A stretch of DNA of 64,000 nt from a virus, in the IMG/VR virus record IMGVR_UViG_3300020045_011333, positions 96,001 to 160,000 of that record. One strand, given 5' to 3'. The position numbers and the translations under genes were made by a program. The notes under the pieces are model-generated. The model was given only the letters and a program-made list of their open reading frames with translations. It did not search any database and was not told the origin of the DNA. Below, piece after piece: positions 45,810-56,300 of the stretch. The stretch's first letter is position 1. Each line of letters opens with the position of its first letter.

Positions 45810-46147
45810 TTTGCTTCGATAATATTAGGATACCAAGACAGGAACGGGATTCGCCAACCATAAACCTTAAGTTCACAAGTGGCTCCACGAACCAGAACCT
45901 TATTTACATCAGAACTATTAAACTTTAGAAAGACCCATTCATCGGTATTTTCATAGATCGTATTTGTTCCATATGCAATATATTTACATTGCTGAGCATC
46001 ATTGGCGCTACAGACACGTTCACTATCCCTAACGAACGTATCTGTAACTGTTTTAGTAGTGGCAGCGACATAAACATATCGACCGCCATAAAGTACAGCT
46101 AGTGCTACACCAAGTCCAATAATACCCTTCTTTGTATATTTATTCAC
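45800..46147 (-). CDS. Membrane-anchored/secreted hypothetical protein
   Basis: N-terminal TM segment; YGWRIPFLSWYPNI motif. Confidence 0.65.
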   Translation of the reverse strand: MNKYTKKGIIGLGVALAVLYGGRYVYVAATTKTVTDTFVRDSERVCSANDAQQCKYIAYGTNTIYENTDEWVFLKFNSSDVNKVLVRGATCELKVYGWRIPFLSWYPNIIEAKCH

Positions 46148-47126
46148 CTAAGCTCTCCTTTGCACGTTTGACCCAATCACCGAACGTAGATTTCGCAATG
46201 CCTAGCGAACGTCCCGCACCTCTGATAGAACCTACCTCTCTAACTTTGTCAAGGATTTCTTTTGCGGTGTAAATATCACCGAATAAAAGGTCTTCATTAC
46301 TAGAAGGGGTTTCAGAACTTTCCTCAACCGGAGCGTCCCATCCTTCTTCTGCAACGGAGGTATAATGAGTATCCACAGCCTTATCAAAGCGCTTATCACG
46401 ACTTCCTTTACCGGGGTTATCGATTTCACCCACAACTTCATAGGTCCAAGCTCGGCCCTTGGCGTTGTTATAATCAGAAGGGATTGCAACAACATCGGCG
46501 GGATTAATCTTTACAATGATTACTCTTGAATTTACGGTGTCCCCGAAATGGGTAAGATAACTATGAGCGCAAAAATGAAGCCCGCTGCTGCAAGTGTTAA
46601 ACCGATCAGGATTAACTTCTTCACGCGGCATGGATGGTTTCGTGCCAATGCTGTTGTCCGTTTTACTGTCGTGGATACTGGTATAATCATCTCTAACCTT
46701 CTTGAACGCTAGGAAGTCGCCGTCTTCAGTAAGAGGCATTTGTGCCGCCTCAAGAAAAAGATAAAGTTCATCGATGGCAGTTTGTGAAGGATTCTTCATA
46801 ACCTTATCAAGGAACTTGGCCCAAATAGCAATGTCCCAACCTTCTTTAATAAGTTGAATCATTTTAGCTGTTAGTGTGTTATGAAGAGGTTTGTTCTTGT
46901 AATAGATTTCACCATCTGTTACAGTAATATCACCGAATAGAAGTCCTTCGATAGTCTTAGGCACATCTGTTAGGCCTAAAATCTTCTCAACATCCATCGT
47001 GCCATGACCTTTTTTAAGTTCTGCCACGATTTCTTCAAAATAAATATGTGAGCTATCAATTGATACAGGCTTTGCACCAAAGAAAAGGTTGACGCCACGA
47101 GCGCCTAGAATAAAAGTTAAATTCAT
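46140..47126 (-). CDS. rIIB: rIIB-like protein with C-terminal HTH
   Basis: ELYLFL, DGDFLAFKKV, CSSGLHFC and VVAIPSDYNNAKGR; follows rIIA. Confidence 0.85.
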   Translation of the reverse strand: MNLTFILGARGVNLFFGAKPVSIDSSHIYFEEIVAELKKGHGTMDVEKILGLTDVPKTIEGLLFGDITVTDGEIYYKNKPLHNTLTAKMIQLIKEGWDIAIWAKFLDKVMKNPSQTAIDELYLFLEAAQMPLTEDGDFLAFKKVRDDYTSIHDSKTDNSIGTKPSMPREEVNPDRFNTCSSGLHFCAHSYLTHFGDTVNSRVIIVKINPADVVAIPSDYNNAKGRAWTYEVVGEIDNPGKGSRDKRFDKAVDTHYTSVAEEGWDAPVEESSETPSSNEDLLFGDIYTAKEILDKVREVGSIRGAGRSLGIAKSTFGDWVKRAKESLGE

Positions 47127-49255
47127 TAGTTTTTGCTTTCGTCTACGAGTTTCACGTAATTGATGAGATCATCAGCGTTTTGCTGGCTGAAATTACTCAT
47201 GCGAGTTGAAATGATATATTTCGATAGGGGATAATCTTTTTGAAGCTGCTCTACCCAATAACTTAGTGTTTCTTCGGGGAGAAGGGAATTTTTAAATGGG
47301 TCCATGTGTTGCCGATAAACATGATTTGGAACCATAATTTGCCACAAAATAATATTGTGATCATTATCTTTAAATGTAGTGTCTACACTACCAGAAAATT
47401 CCAAAAAGTCAAGAACTTTTTTGAAACTGGTATCATTTTTATAACAAGCATTCTTAAATAATTCACCTTCTTCACTAATCATATGGTCCATACGTTTATC
47501 AAAATTAGTAGAATCATAATGTTTCTTAAAATCACATAACTTAAATAATTCATTTTTTCGGTCTTCTAGAGCATTTCTCATTCCAGCCTTTTTGAGCTTA
47601 TTAAGATGTTGTTTCTTAACCGCTACAATTTTCGTTAGGTCTGGAAATAGTTCTGTTAGCCTATAATAAGGAACATGGTCCTCCTTATTTTCATCCATTA
47701 GGTAATAATCTTTATATGAAATAATGTACTTCATATCAGGATCTAGATTTTCTAAATCAATTACATCTTTAACTGTACCAGCATCATTAGCCGCAACGAA
47801 AGAAAGAACGTGACACTCATTTTTAGAAATTCTAACAACATCTGTAAGATCAGGCTTAACTCGCTCAGGAAGTGCTAAAGACTTTAATTCAACAATCTTA
47901 GGAGGAAATCCAAGTAGTTTACGAAGGCTTCTTAATTTTGCAGGGGTTGAATCAATATCTCTGATCCAGACAATATTATCATGCTTCTTTAAATTATTTT
48001 TAATTCTTGCACTGGAATGTACAACCCTTTCTCCCTCTTTATCAATAATAAAGATAGTTTTAGAATTAATGTACCAAGTCGTGTTGTAAGAATTACTGTT
48101 TGAAGTAAACTTCAAAGTTTTACGTTCTGACCTAGTATCATAACTAGGGAAATATTTAATTGCCACGCCATAGTTTTGCCGTAACTTATCGCGAGCCATA
48201 GACTGATGATTGTAAACTTTTTTCCCATTAAATTCCAGTTTGTCTAAGAAATTAGATATAGAAGCCACGCCATTCTTGGACTCAGATTCTTTGAAACATT
48301 TGGCTTCGTACATAGTTCTGACAGATTTATAGGCTTGCTTAATTTCGGCAACTAGCTCGGCGTCAATTTTATCCGCCATGACAAGGATGTTTTTAATTGT
48401 CTCATCATCATAACTTAAAGTTTCACGACTAGGAGTAATATCTAATTGACCGATTGGAAAATCAATTAAAATATTAGAAGTGAGAACTTGTCTTTGCTCA
48501 TCAGTGAGCGTGGGTAAGGCATTAATATCAATGGGGTAAATTACACAACCTTGCTTAGCCCTAGCTTTTGAGCCTCCGTAATGGTAATCAAAGATTTTAA
48601 AATTGGAACCCTCATGAATAACTTTACGAGTGTTTTCTGCGACACTAGCACCTTTTACATTGGGCTTAACATCAAAGCCTTCGTAAACCCTTTCCATTTC
48701 AGTTCTAAAACGCTCACAGTCTTTAACATTAACTGGAAACGTTACCATTAAACCGTCAAGCTCAGACGTATCTTCAGACGCCATGAGGGAAATCATAGGA
48801 ATACCAGTAATATCTACATAAGCACCGTAGACACGCTTTGTGCCTCTTAAAAAGGCTGTTACAGTAAAACTATCAGTATAGGCGAACGGAGTTTTAGAGC
48901 CTAGCCCAAATTTACCAATAGCTAGGTTAGTATTTTCTTTTGTACTCTTGAAAATTGTGGTATAAAGACCCATAATATCTTCGTGAGCCAGAGATGTACC
49001 ATAATCTCGGACCATAAATGTAGGGTCTAAATAATTAGGAAGTTGAATATCGAAAGGAATATGGCCGCGATCAGCAGCAATTTGAGCATCAAAAGCATTT
49101 GACGATAACTCTCTAATAATGGCTTGAATTTTGTTTGAGTAAAGGCCATCAATTAGAATTTTAAAAGCTTTTCCATTGGCCTCAATATTGAAATTTCCAG
49201 ATTGTTGTGCGCCCGAAACAATCACTTCGGTATTTTCTGCTAAATTAGATTTCAT
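47126..49255 (-). CDS. rIIA: rIIA-like protein (GHKL ATPase domain)
   Basis: LYSNKIQAIIRELSSNAFDA, VRDYGT, IGKFGLGSKTPFAY and PSRETLSY. Confidence 0.9.
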   Translation of the reverse strand: MKSNLAENTEVIVSGAQQSGNFNIEANGKAFKILIDGLYSNKIQAIIRELSSNAFDAQIAADRGHIPFDIQLPNYLDPTFMVRDYGTSLAHEDIMGLYTTIFKSTKENTNLAIGKFGLGSKTPFAYTDSFTVTAFLRGTKRVYGAYVDITGIPMISLMASEDTSELDGLMVTFPVNVKDCERFRTEMERVYEGFDVKPNVKGASVAENTRKVIHEGSNFKIFDYHYGGSKARAKQGCVIYPIDINALPTLTDEQRQVLTSNILIDFPIGQLDITPSRETLSYDDETIKNILVMADKIDAELVAEIKQAYKSVRTMYEAKCFKESESKNGVASISNFLDKLEFNGKKVYNHQSMARDKLRQNYGVAIKYFPSYDTRSERKTLKFTSNSNSYNTTWYINSKTIFIIDKEGERVVHSSARIKNNLKKHDNIVWIRDIDSTPAKLRSLRKLLGFPPKIVELKSLALPERVKPDLTDVVRISKNECHVLSFVAANDAGTVKDVIDLENLDPDMKYIISYKDYYLMDENKEDHVPYYRLTELFPDLTKIVAVKKQHLNKLKKAGMRNALEDRKNELFKLCDFKKHYDSTNFDKRMDHMISEEGELFKNACYKNDTSFKKVLDFLEFSGSVDTTFKDNDHNIILWQIMVPNHVYRQHMDPFKNSLLPEETLSYWVEQLQKDYPLSKYIISTRMSNFSQQNADDLINYVKLVDESKN

Positions 49256-49274
49256 GCAATATTATTTCCGAGTT

Positions 49275-49499
49275 TCAAATTAATCTAGTTTCTAGTTCAG
49301 CGGTGATATAATCATGACAGATCACATTTGTCAAGTCTTTTTCTTGTTCGTAATCCCAAATTTCGTTTATTTCTATATCATGAATTATAGGATTTCCGTT
49401 TACTGGATCAGGTTCTGTCATAAGCGTACCTGAAACTAAATAGTTGCCCACATATTCAGTGAAATAGTGCCACTCAAAATTATTCCAAATAATTATCAT
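49275..49499 (-). CDS. Hypothetical protein
   Basis: Start moved to MIIIW, which lies downstream of the promoter at 49526-49554. Confidence 0.5.
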   Translation of the reverse strand: MIIIWNNFEWHYFTEYVGNYLVSGTLMTEPDPVNGNPIIHDIEINEIWDYEQEKDLTNVICHDYITAELETRLI

Positions 49500-49525
49500 T
49501 TTAATCTTTACAAAGTTAAAAAAAT

Positions 49526-49554
49526 GTGATAACATAATTAAATCGTAAAGTCAA
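49526..49554 (-). promoter_or_regulatory. Sigma70-type promoter for the rII region
   Basis: TTGACT-N17-TATCAC with extended -10 TG. Confidence 0.55.
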
Positions 49555-49627
49555 TGGAAAAGAATAATGACGGAAAAAATTTGTACCTGCGATCCTGTTC
49601 AAGGAAATATTAAACCTAGTGAAGCAG

Positions 49628-49655
49628 TTGACTTTATAAAGCCAGATGGTAGAAT
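49628..49655 (+). promoter_or_regulatory. Sigma70-type promoter for the + strand island
   Basis: TTGACT-N16-TAGAAT with TGn extension. Confidence 0.55.
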
Positions 49656-49739
49656 TTATGCTCGCTATCATCGTGATTGCGAGGTCCATGGATTTAAAAG
49701 ACTGAATCAAGATGTTGTAAATAAGGAGAGTTCCGGTTA

Positions 49740-50129
49740 ATGCCAATAATTTATCAAAAATTTATTTATAGGGAAGATTTACAAGCTAATCCTCATGTTC
49801 TTTATCTCTTCGGAGATAATCTAAAACGCCAAGGTCTTGGCGGGCAAGCAAAAGAAATGAGGGGAGAACCTAATGCTGTAGGTATCGCGACTAAAAAACT
49901 TCCGTCTCAATACGAAAATAGTTTTTTCTCAGATGATGATGCCGAACTTTTTCTAGAACATTATCATAAAGATATTTTACGTGTAGAGAACCATTTGAAT
50001 AGAATGAATCTTGTTGTTATTCCTATGGATGGCCTTGGCAGTGGCCTCTCAGAACTTCCCACTCGTGCACCCAAAATTAATTCATTTATTATCAACGATC
50101 TACAGGAACTTAAGAAACTCTATGGATAA
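49740..50129 (+). CDS. Conserved phage protein, possibly macrodomain-like
   Basis: LFGDNLKRQGLGGQA..NAVGIATKK..IPMDGLGSG resembles the macrodomain N-x-GGG loop and GxG loop. Confidence 0.55.
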   Translation: MPIIYQKFIYREDLQANPHVLYLFGDNLKRQGLGGQAKEMRGEPNAVGIATKKLPSQYENSFFSDDDAELFLEHYHKDILRVENHLNRMNLVVIPMDGLGSGLSELPTRAPKINSFIINDLQELKKLYG

Positions 50130-50277
50130 AGAAATTTTAGACCAGTACGAAAGCTCTAGGCAATTTCTAAAACACATGCTAGAAAAGACTGGCGAAAAGA
50201 AATATCAAACTGACATTAATAAATTGGAGAAAGATTTTGAAAATCATACCAAATCAATCAATTATAACGAAGCGTGA
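50122..50277 (+). CDS. Small hypothetical protein
   Basis: MDKEILDQY..., coupled to the upstream gene. Confidence 0.5.
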   Translation: MDKEILDQYESSRQFLKHMLEKTGEKKYQTDINKLEKDFENHTKSINYNEA

Positions 50278-50287
50278 TAACGATATT

Positions 50288-50386
50288 ATGAGTGAGTACG
50301 CAGACTTAGCAGAAGAACTTAATGACGAAAATGATGATGAATATTTAAGATATATTTTCAATGATTTAGAAGTAGATGAAGAATAA
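50288..50386 (+). CDS. Very acidic 32-aa peptide (not in ORF track)
   Basis: MSEYADLAEELNDENDDEYLRYIFNDLEVDEE; ends at the terminator. Confidence 0.45.
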   Translation: MSEYADLAEELNDENDDEYLRYIFNDLEVDEE

Positions 50387-50412
50387 AATAAAGGGCCGTA
50401 AGGCCCTTTATT
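50387..50412. terminator. Bidirectional terminator
   Basis: AATAAAGGGCC-GTAA-GGCCCTTTATT between convergent genes. Confidence 0.85.
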
Positions 50413-50416
50413 AATT

Positions 50417-51844
50417 TTATATCTTAGCATTTTCTCTAACTTGTTTAAAAGTAATATGTGGCCTAATCTGTTCACCTGTATCCCAAACCGGCTCAAGATA
50501 GTTTCTTGTCCCATGACTCGCTCGATCAAGATCATCCTTTCGGATCGAAACAAGCTTCTCTCCGTTATGAACCACGGCTTGCTTTCCAGCTTTACTGGAC
50601 TTAGACATATCTGTCTTGGGACGCTTTTGAACATCAATACGCTTCCCGCCAATAGTGATTTCGTTTGTCTTCATCGCCCATGAGAAATCATCTCTCATAG
50701 GAGCCTGAAGCAGTTGTCCACCACAGCCAAAAACCACATTTTCAACTGAGAAACCAGCAAACATAATGGCACCTAAGATTTCATTAATTGAATTACGATT
50801 AATACCATCACCTTGAATTACGCGAACCTTTGGATTAAGTACTTTAAATCCTTTAGAATTGACAGTACTTCCAAATTTTTCATCTAGTAATTTAAGTACA
50901 CGAGGAACAACTTCTGTTGGCGAACCAGAATCTGGACGAACCACAATGAACCCATCTCTGGCTTCAATCTTAGCTTTGTGGTCTACTCCGATATATTCGG
51001 AAACAAATCGATCCAAATCATAACTATCTGCTACGATAGAAATGATAGGAAAGCCCATATCGGTGAAGGTATCTATTACAGTTCCGACAAAGGCACTTTC
51101 GCCTTCTTCCCCGTTCATAGTAGTAACGCTATGCTCTGTAGCTGGGACACTTATAAGTAGTGGTCCATCAGTATCTAAGTCATGGTTGTAATATACCACT
51201 CCCGCTTCTATGGCTTCAAGGGTATCTGAGCCAAGAAATGACACTAAGTGTCCTAATCCTCCAAGTGCGGCGCTTTCACCGGAAGACACTGATCTGGCTC
51301 CAAAATCATTAAGCGCAGCGGCTAAAGTCATTGGATCATTAATATCTAGATCAGATGTTTTTTTGTAATATTCCGCAATGTTTTTCTTAATGGCCCTTGA
51401 TAGAGTAGCAACACTACTAGGATACCAAATTCCACGTAGCAAACTAGTTTCAATTTCAGCTACAATTTCAGGCATTTGTGTTGAAGAAATTTGAACCACA
51501 GGAACACCATGAGGAACGATAGTTCCTTCTGGAAGTGCCTCAATTTTTACCGGAACGTAGCCATTGAATTCTTCAATAACTCTGATCCATACTTCTTTAT
51601 TAAAAGGAATCAAAGCTGATTTGGCATATTTCTCTGCTTTATATAAATCTTGATACGTTATTTTCTTATCTAAATATTCAAGAATATAAGCTTGAAGCCC
51701 GAAGAAAACAATTTCATCGGTCCAACCACTACGTGCTTCGATATAAGATACAGCTTCTGTAATATCTTTTCGAACCACAAATAGATGTGAAAATTTGTAA
51801 CAATCGTTAGCAAGTATAATTGATCTGTTTAGTAAGTCTGTCAT
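50417..51844 (-). CDS. nadV: Nicotinamide phosphoribosyltransferase (Nampt)
   Basis: DCYKFSH, DFGAR, GSDT, PATEHS, SIVADSYD, VRPDSG, VIQGDGI and FGCGG. Confidence 0.93.
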   Translation of the reverse strand: MTDLLNRSIILANDCYKFSHLFVVRKDITEAVSYIEARSGWTDEIVFFGLQAYILEYLDKKITYQDLYKAEKYAKSALIPFNKEVWIRVIEEFNGYVPVKIEALPEGTIVPHGVPVVQISSTQMPEIVAEIETSLLRGIWYPSSVATLSRAIKKNIAEYYKKTSDLDINDPMTLAAALNDFGARSVSSGESAALGGLGHLVSFLGSDTLEAIEAGVVYYNHDLDTDGPLLISVPATEHSVTTMNGEEGESAFVGTVIDTFTDMGFPIISIVADSYDLDRFVSEYIGVDHKAKIEARDGFIVVRPDSGSPTEVVPRVLKLLDEKFGSTVNSKGFKVLNPKVRVIQGDGINRNSINEILGAIMFAGFSVENVVFGCGGQLLQAPMRDDFSWAMKTNEITIGGKRIDVQKRPKTDMSKSSKAGKQAVVHNGEKLVSIRKDDLDRASHGTRNYLEPVWDTGEQIRPHITFKQVRENAKI

Positions 51845-51882
51845 TGAAAAACCCCTTTTCGTTTGACTGTTGTTAAGTTTGT

Positions 51883-52971
51883 TTAAATATTAATACCTAG
51901 CATTTCACTGATAATAGTTCCATGATCTTCAAACCAAAGATTATTATCGGAAATTTCTGATAATTTAGAAATTGGCACCCATACTGCTTCCATAGCATCA
52001 TCACTACCCTTGACCAAAGGAAGTTTATTAGATTCGTTTTTTAAAACGATTTTAAAAACATGAGTGATGATATGGGCGCGATTAGATCGCCAAGGAGAAT
52101 CAAAAACACGACTCTCTGTTATACGTGCTTCAAGAACTTTATCTGGAACTTTAATTATAGTTTCTTCACGAAGTTCTCTGATACAAGCATTACGTAGGCG
52201 TTCTCTTTTATTCACAAAACCACCCGGCAGTGCAAATTTTCCAGTACCATATTCCCTACCTCTTTTTATGAGAAGGATATGACCCGACTGAATAACTAAC
52301 GAATCAACTGTGGTGTGAGGGCCGTGTCCGTAAATGCTACTATAATTGCTTTCATATAACCAATCAGATTTCAATTTTTCCCAAATTTCAGGATTATTAT
52401 TTATATGATTTTTAATGTAGGCAAGAACCGATATAGGAATCATTTTGTCATAACTAAGATCACCATTAAATAATTTATCGCGAATTCCCGAACTAGATAG
52501 AACTTCATCATTAAAACTATATGGTTGAACCGCAATAGAATGATTCCAACGCACAAAACTATTTAAATAATAACTTGATTCATCCTTTGACATACCTGTC
52601 AGAGCTATTTTATATAAATAATCAGACCAACCAACCCTATGATAGGAGGCTGTTTTAGAGTGTAATTCTATTAGATCATCAACGGATTTTTCAACGTCCG
52701 CGATCCATTTTGAATCATTATCAAAATCTTTTGAAGTTGTAAATAGCACACGATTCCCATATTCTTCTGTTGCTAACTTGAACATTTCAATACGTTCTTT
52801 GGCAATAAAGGGAATTCTAGTGTTTCGCGAAGCGTTGGAGGAACCAACTACTACAATAATGTAATCTGAAACTTTAAGGGTTTCTTTAATTACATCTAAA
52901 TGTCCATTGTGAGGACCGGCGCGAAAACCACCAATAAAAATGGCATAATCATATTTAATATTATTAGTCAT
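51883..52971 (-). CDS. nadM: Bifunctional NMN adenylyltransferase / Nudix ADP-ribose pyrophosphatase (NadM-Nudix, NatV-like)
   Basis: HNGH (HxGH) and SSSGIR; ALPGGFV..RELREET; GSDDA; WFEDH. Start moved to MTNNIK, which has an RBS. Confidence 0.92.
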   Translation of the reverse strand: MTNNIKYDYAIFIGGFRAGPHNGHLDVIKETLKVSDYIIVVVGSSNASRNTRIPFIAKERIEMFKLATEEYGNRVLFTTSKDFDNDSKWIADVEKSVDDLIELHSKTASYHRVGWSDYLYKIALTGMSKDESSYYLNSFVRWNHSIAVQPYSFNDEVLSSSGIRDKLFNGDLSYDKMIPISVLAYIKNHINNNPEIWEKLKSDWLYESNYSSIYGHGPHTTVDSLVIQSGHILLIKRGREYGTGKFALPGGFVNKRERLRNACIRELREETIIKVPDKVLEARITESRVFDSPWRSNRAHIITHVFKIVLKNESNKLPLVKGSDDAMEAVWVPISKLSEISDNNLWFEDHGTIISEMLGINI

Positions 52972-53007
52972 AGATCGAAAACCCCTTCCGATTTGTTTAA
53001 CAAAAGA

Positions 53008-53046
53008 ACTATAGCAAAAGATTCCGCTTTTGTCAAGCGGAATCTT
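53008..53046 (-). promoter_or_regulatory. Sigma70 promoter whose -35 box sits in the loop of a terminator-like hairpin
   Basis: TTGACA-N17-TATAGT; 12-bp arms AAGATTCCGCTT / AAGCGGAATCTT at 53018-53046, followed by TT. Confidence 0.8.
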
Positions 53047-53059
53047 CATTATCATTAAA

Positions 53060-53311
53060 TTAATTTAAAATATCGACGTCTTCACCAAATACTGAGATAA
53101 TATCAGCAATTAATTGGGCTTTAGTACTGTTCCACCCCTCAGTTTCGGCCAAGCTTTCGCCGTCCGCGTTGAGGAAAAAATAAGCTTTTAAACCTTCTTC
53201 TCTATCTTTTTCTATCGTGACATAAAATTCATCAATAGAATAACCTTCTAAAGCCTCCTCCATATCATCGAGGTTTTGAATAATCTTTTCTTGAAACATA
53301 TTATACTGCAT
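53060..53311 (-). CDS. Hypothetical acidic protein
   Basis: Packed ORF. Confidence 0.6.
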   Translation of the reverse strand: MQYNMFQEKIIQNLDDMEEALEGYSIDEFYVTIEKDREEGLKAYFFLNADGESLAETEGWNSTKAQLIADIISVFGEDVDILN

Positions 53312-53315
53312 TATT

Positions 53316-56300
53316 TTACTCTTCTGAAATTTCTATCATGTCTAGTTTGATTTTAAGTTTATTTTCGAAATGTGAGATAATATCTTCTAATGGAGGAAGT
53401 TTCAACCACAACTCGTTACTTTGTCTTTTTCTTTTGACCCATTTAGCAAGTAAAAATTGTTCTGCTAATTTTTGGAAGGTCTTAGGATCAGCTTTATATT
53501 TGGAAGTACTAGTTTTAAGGCTATTATAATAGTATTGTCTTAAATGTTTTGGATCAACCCAATTAGTTTCCCCATATTCCAGATTAATAGGATCTAGATC
53601 GTCATTTGCTTCTGATACTCCCATATTTTCTATTAATGTTATAAAGAATTTTTCCCAAACCGGAGTTGATTGTGTAACCTGTCTACTCAAGGCTTCGGTC
53701 TTTGGTGGCCTACGAAGAATGTTCCAACCTTCTTCAAAGGGAGGTTCGAAATGAAGTAAATCATACATCATTGCCTCTTTTCCGCCAGCTTCCATTTGTT
53801 CGATGATAGCATTGAAATAATTAATGTTATCTTTGTATTTATCAGAAGCTTCCAATACAAAATATCTACGCTCATCAGAAGATGCATTTACGACCCATTC
53901 TTCATTAGAAATAATTGCAATTCTGATGTAATTTTCCATCTGAAACGCATCAATACCTTTAGGTTCCATGAGTAGAGAAGAGCCTGTGATCAATTCCTTT
54001 AAAATTGAATCTTCTCTGCTATTACCAGCAAACAGGCCTTCTTCAGCAATCATAAATAATTTATCTCTGAAATGCCAGTTAAATTGTCCTGTAATGTGAG
54101 AAGCATTTGCCGAACTCATGGCGTAACGTCCCACGATATCTTTAAAGATAGTAAAAACAATTGATTTACCTACGCCCTTCAAACCACGAACAACGATGGC
54201 GGAACCTTTCTTTTCCCAAGGGAATTGAATGATATGGGCTAGCCAAGTCATGATCCACATATAATGCTCTTCATTTCCATGACACATTACTTCGTAGATA
54301 TGATTTTTGAGTTTATCCCAATTTCCTTTTCTTGGAGTAGTTTCAAAGCCTTGGAAGAGATTAAATTTATTAGGATCAGGAGTAGGCCTTGGATCAAAAG
54401 TAACACCTTCGTAAGTGCGACGTTGTTCCCACTCTAGCCAAACCTTGGCAATAGATTCTAATTTAGCATCTACCGAGCCTTCGTTTATCAAAAGTTTTTC
54501 ATTCGCTTTTAACGCTTTCCAATCATCACGAGCCGTAAAGGTCATATCTTTTTTATGTGCGTCCATGATTACGACTTTAGAGCCTGTATCAACCATGGCG
54601 TATCTTTCATTATAAGTATGAAGTCTTCTGTCCATTTCGTCAAGAGATTTATTTTTAGCTTCAGAATCATAGCCAAATTTTTCTGGAAGATATTTATGTA
54701 AGGTCTTTTTTAATAGTCCAGTTCTTCTAGCAATTCTGGCGATATATCCATCAATTTCATCATCGTCTAAGTCTTTTGCCCGAGCAATTGTTCTAACAGC
54801 ATCAATAATATCGTCTTTTTCGCTTTTTTTATTTAAAGATTCAACAATTTTATTAATATCGATAGAATCTTCTACAGTTTCTTTTTCTTCCTCTTTTGAG
54901 GGAGAGGGAGTTTCTTCCCTTAAGACACTAGGGCAGTGTGTCTCATCTTGAAGATCAGTAACGGTAAACCAATCTAGTTCTACCATTTTTTTGATGTAAT
55001 CTAGTTTGTTTCTACCCTGACAAGAATCATGGGTACAGAAAACATGAAATCCGTTATCTGTATCAGTAGCATTAATTGCGTATGTGCCTAAGCCGCCCGC
55101 TTTTGTATGCTCATCTTCAAATGGGCATTCAATATGAAAACCGGGGCCATTTGTGCGGGGTGATTTGATCCCGTCAGGATACTTATCTTCGATAAGATCA
55201 ATAATTTCGCAATCGTGCGTCATTATCCAACGCTTCAGATTATATCCATCTACGAATAAACCCTCACTAGTGCCTCCCAGAGCTTTACCAGCGTCCGAAA
55301 AAGCATTCCCTGCTTGCGGAGTTAATACGTCACGTATCGCGAGCCTGTCATAGCTCTTTAGGTCAACATAATCACCGTCTACGAAGTGCGTTTCAAATGG
55401 TTTTCCTTTGGCGTGACGTGGTAGATAAAAAAGTCGTGAAGGATCGGTGCAAGATTTATCGTAAACAAACCCTAACTCAGTTCCAAAACCATGATAATGT
55501 TCTTTCCACGCCTTAATAGCTTCTTGCTGATTAATTTGACCTTGAAACAGAAACGGCTCGTTCAAGAAAAATGCGATTCGATGCTTAGGCATAGGACTAT
55601 GACGAATAATCGTAGTAGTTCCTTCTTCAGTAACTTTGGCGTCCTCTATTACGTCTAGACGTTCTAGCACACGAGGAATGAAGCCTTTAACCTCAATCAA
55701 ATACTTTTTTAAGAATTTAGTATCAACAGGCTTAGAAGCATCCATACCGCTCCACTTGAAGAACTCAGTCCGCTTAACTTCTGAATTTTCAGTTAAATGG
55801 GAATGAGTGGTGTATCTGACATAGGCGTAGCCAGTATCACTAAGTCTTTGATCAATTTCTTCAGAAGTTTCACCTGTATCCAAGTCAAAAATAACAAAAT
55901 GATTTTTAATCATTGCTTTGATCAAGCGTCGATCACCTGCTAATTCACCTTGGAGATAGCAAAGACCATCCTTCTTACCTTCTTGGTGAATCGTAAGCAT
56001 TTCAATGAAATTTGCCACAGTACCTGTTTGATTTTCCCATCCACCTTTACCTTCTTTGGCTGTCTTTGCCATGGAGAAAGTGACATTTTTAGTCATATCA
56101 ATTTTTGGTAAATCACTTTGGACTTTTTTTACTTCAGGCTCGACAAAATCCCATTCCCCATTGTAAAAATTATGTTCATTGATAATATAATTAATTAAAG
56201 GAATTTCTATAATACCATCAAGATGGGGTAATAGATCAGCGTCAATAGAATTTTCAAAAAACCAAATATTCAGATCAGCGCTTTGTGTTGAACAAGCAGG

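Noticed and set aside
49516-49746. Tracked 76-aa - strand ORF
   Set aside because: Runs across two divergent promoters and has no RBS; more likely a regulatory gap.
50417-51844. Nampt homolog as the NARP1 enzyme Namat
   Set aside because: No adjacent PRPP-synthetase-like Adps gene; the partner is an NMNAT, which fits NARP2.
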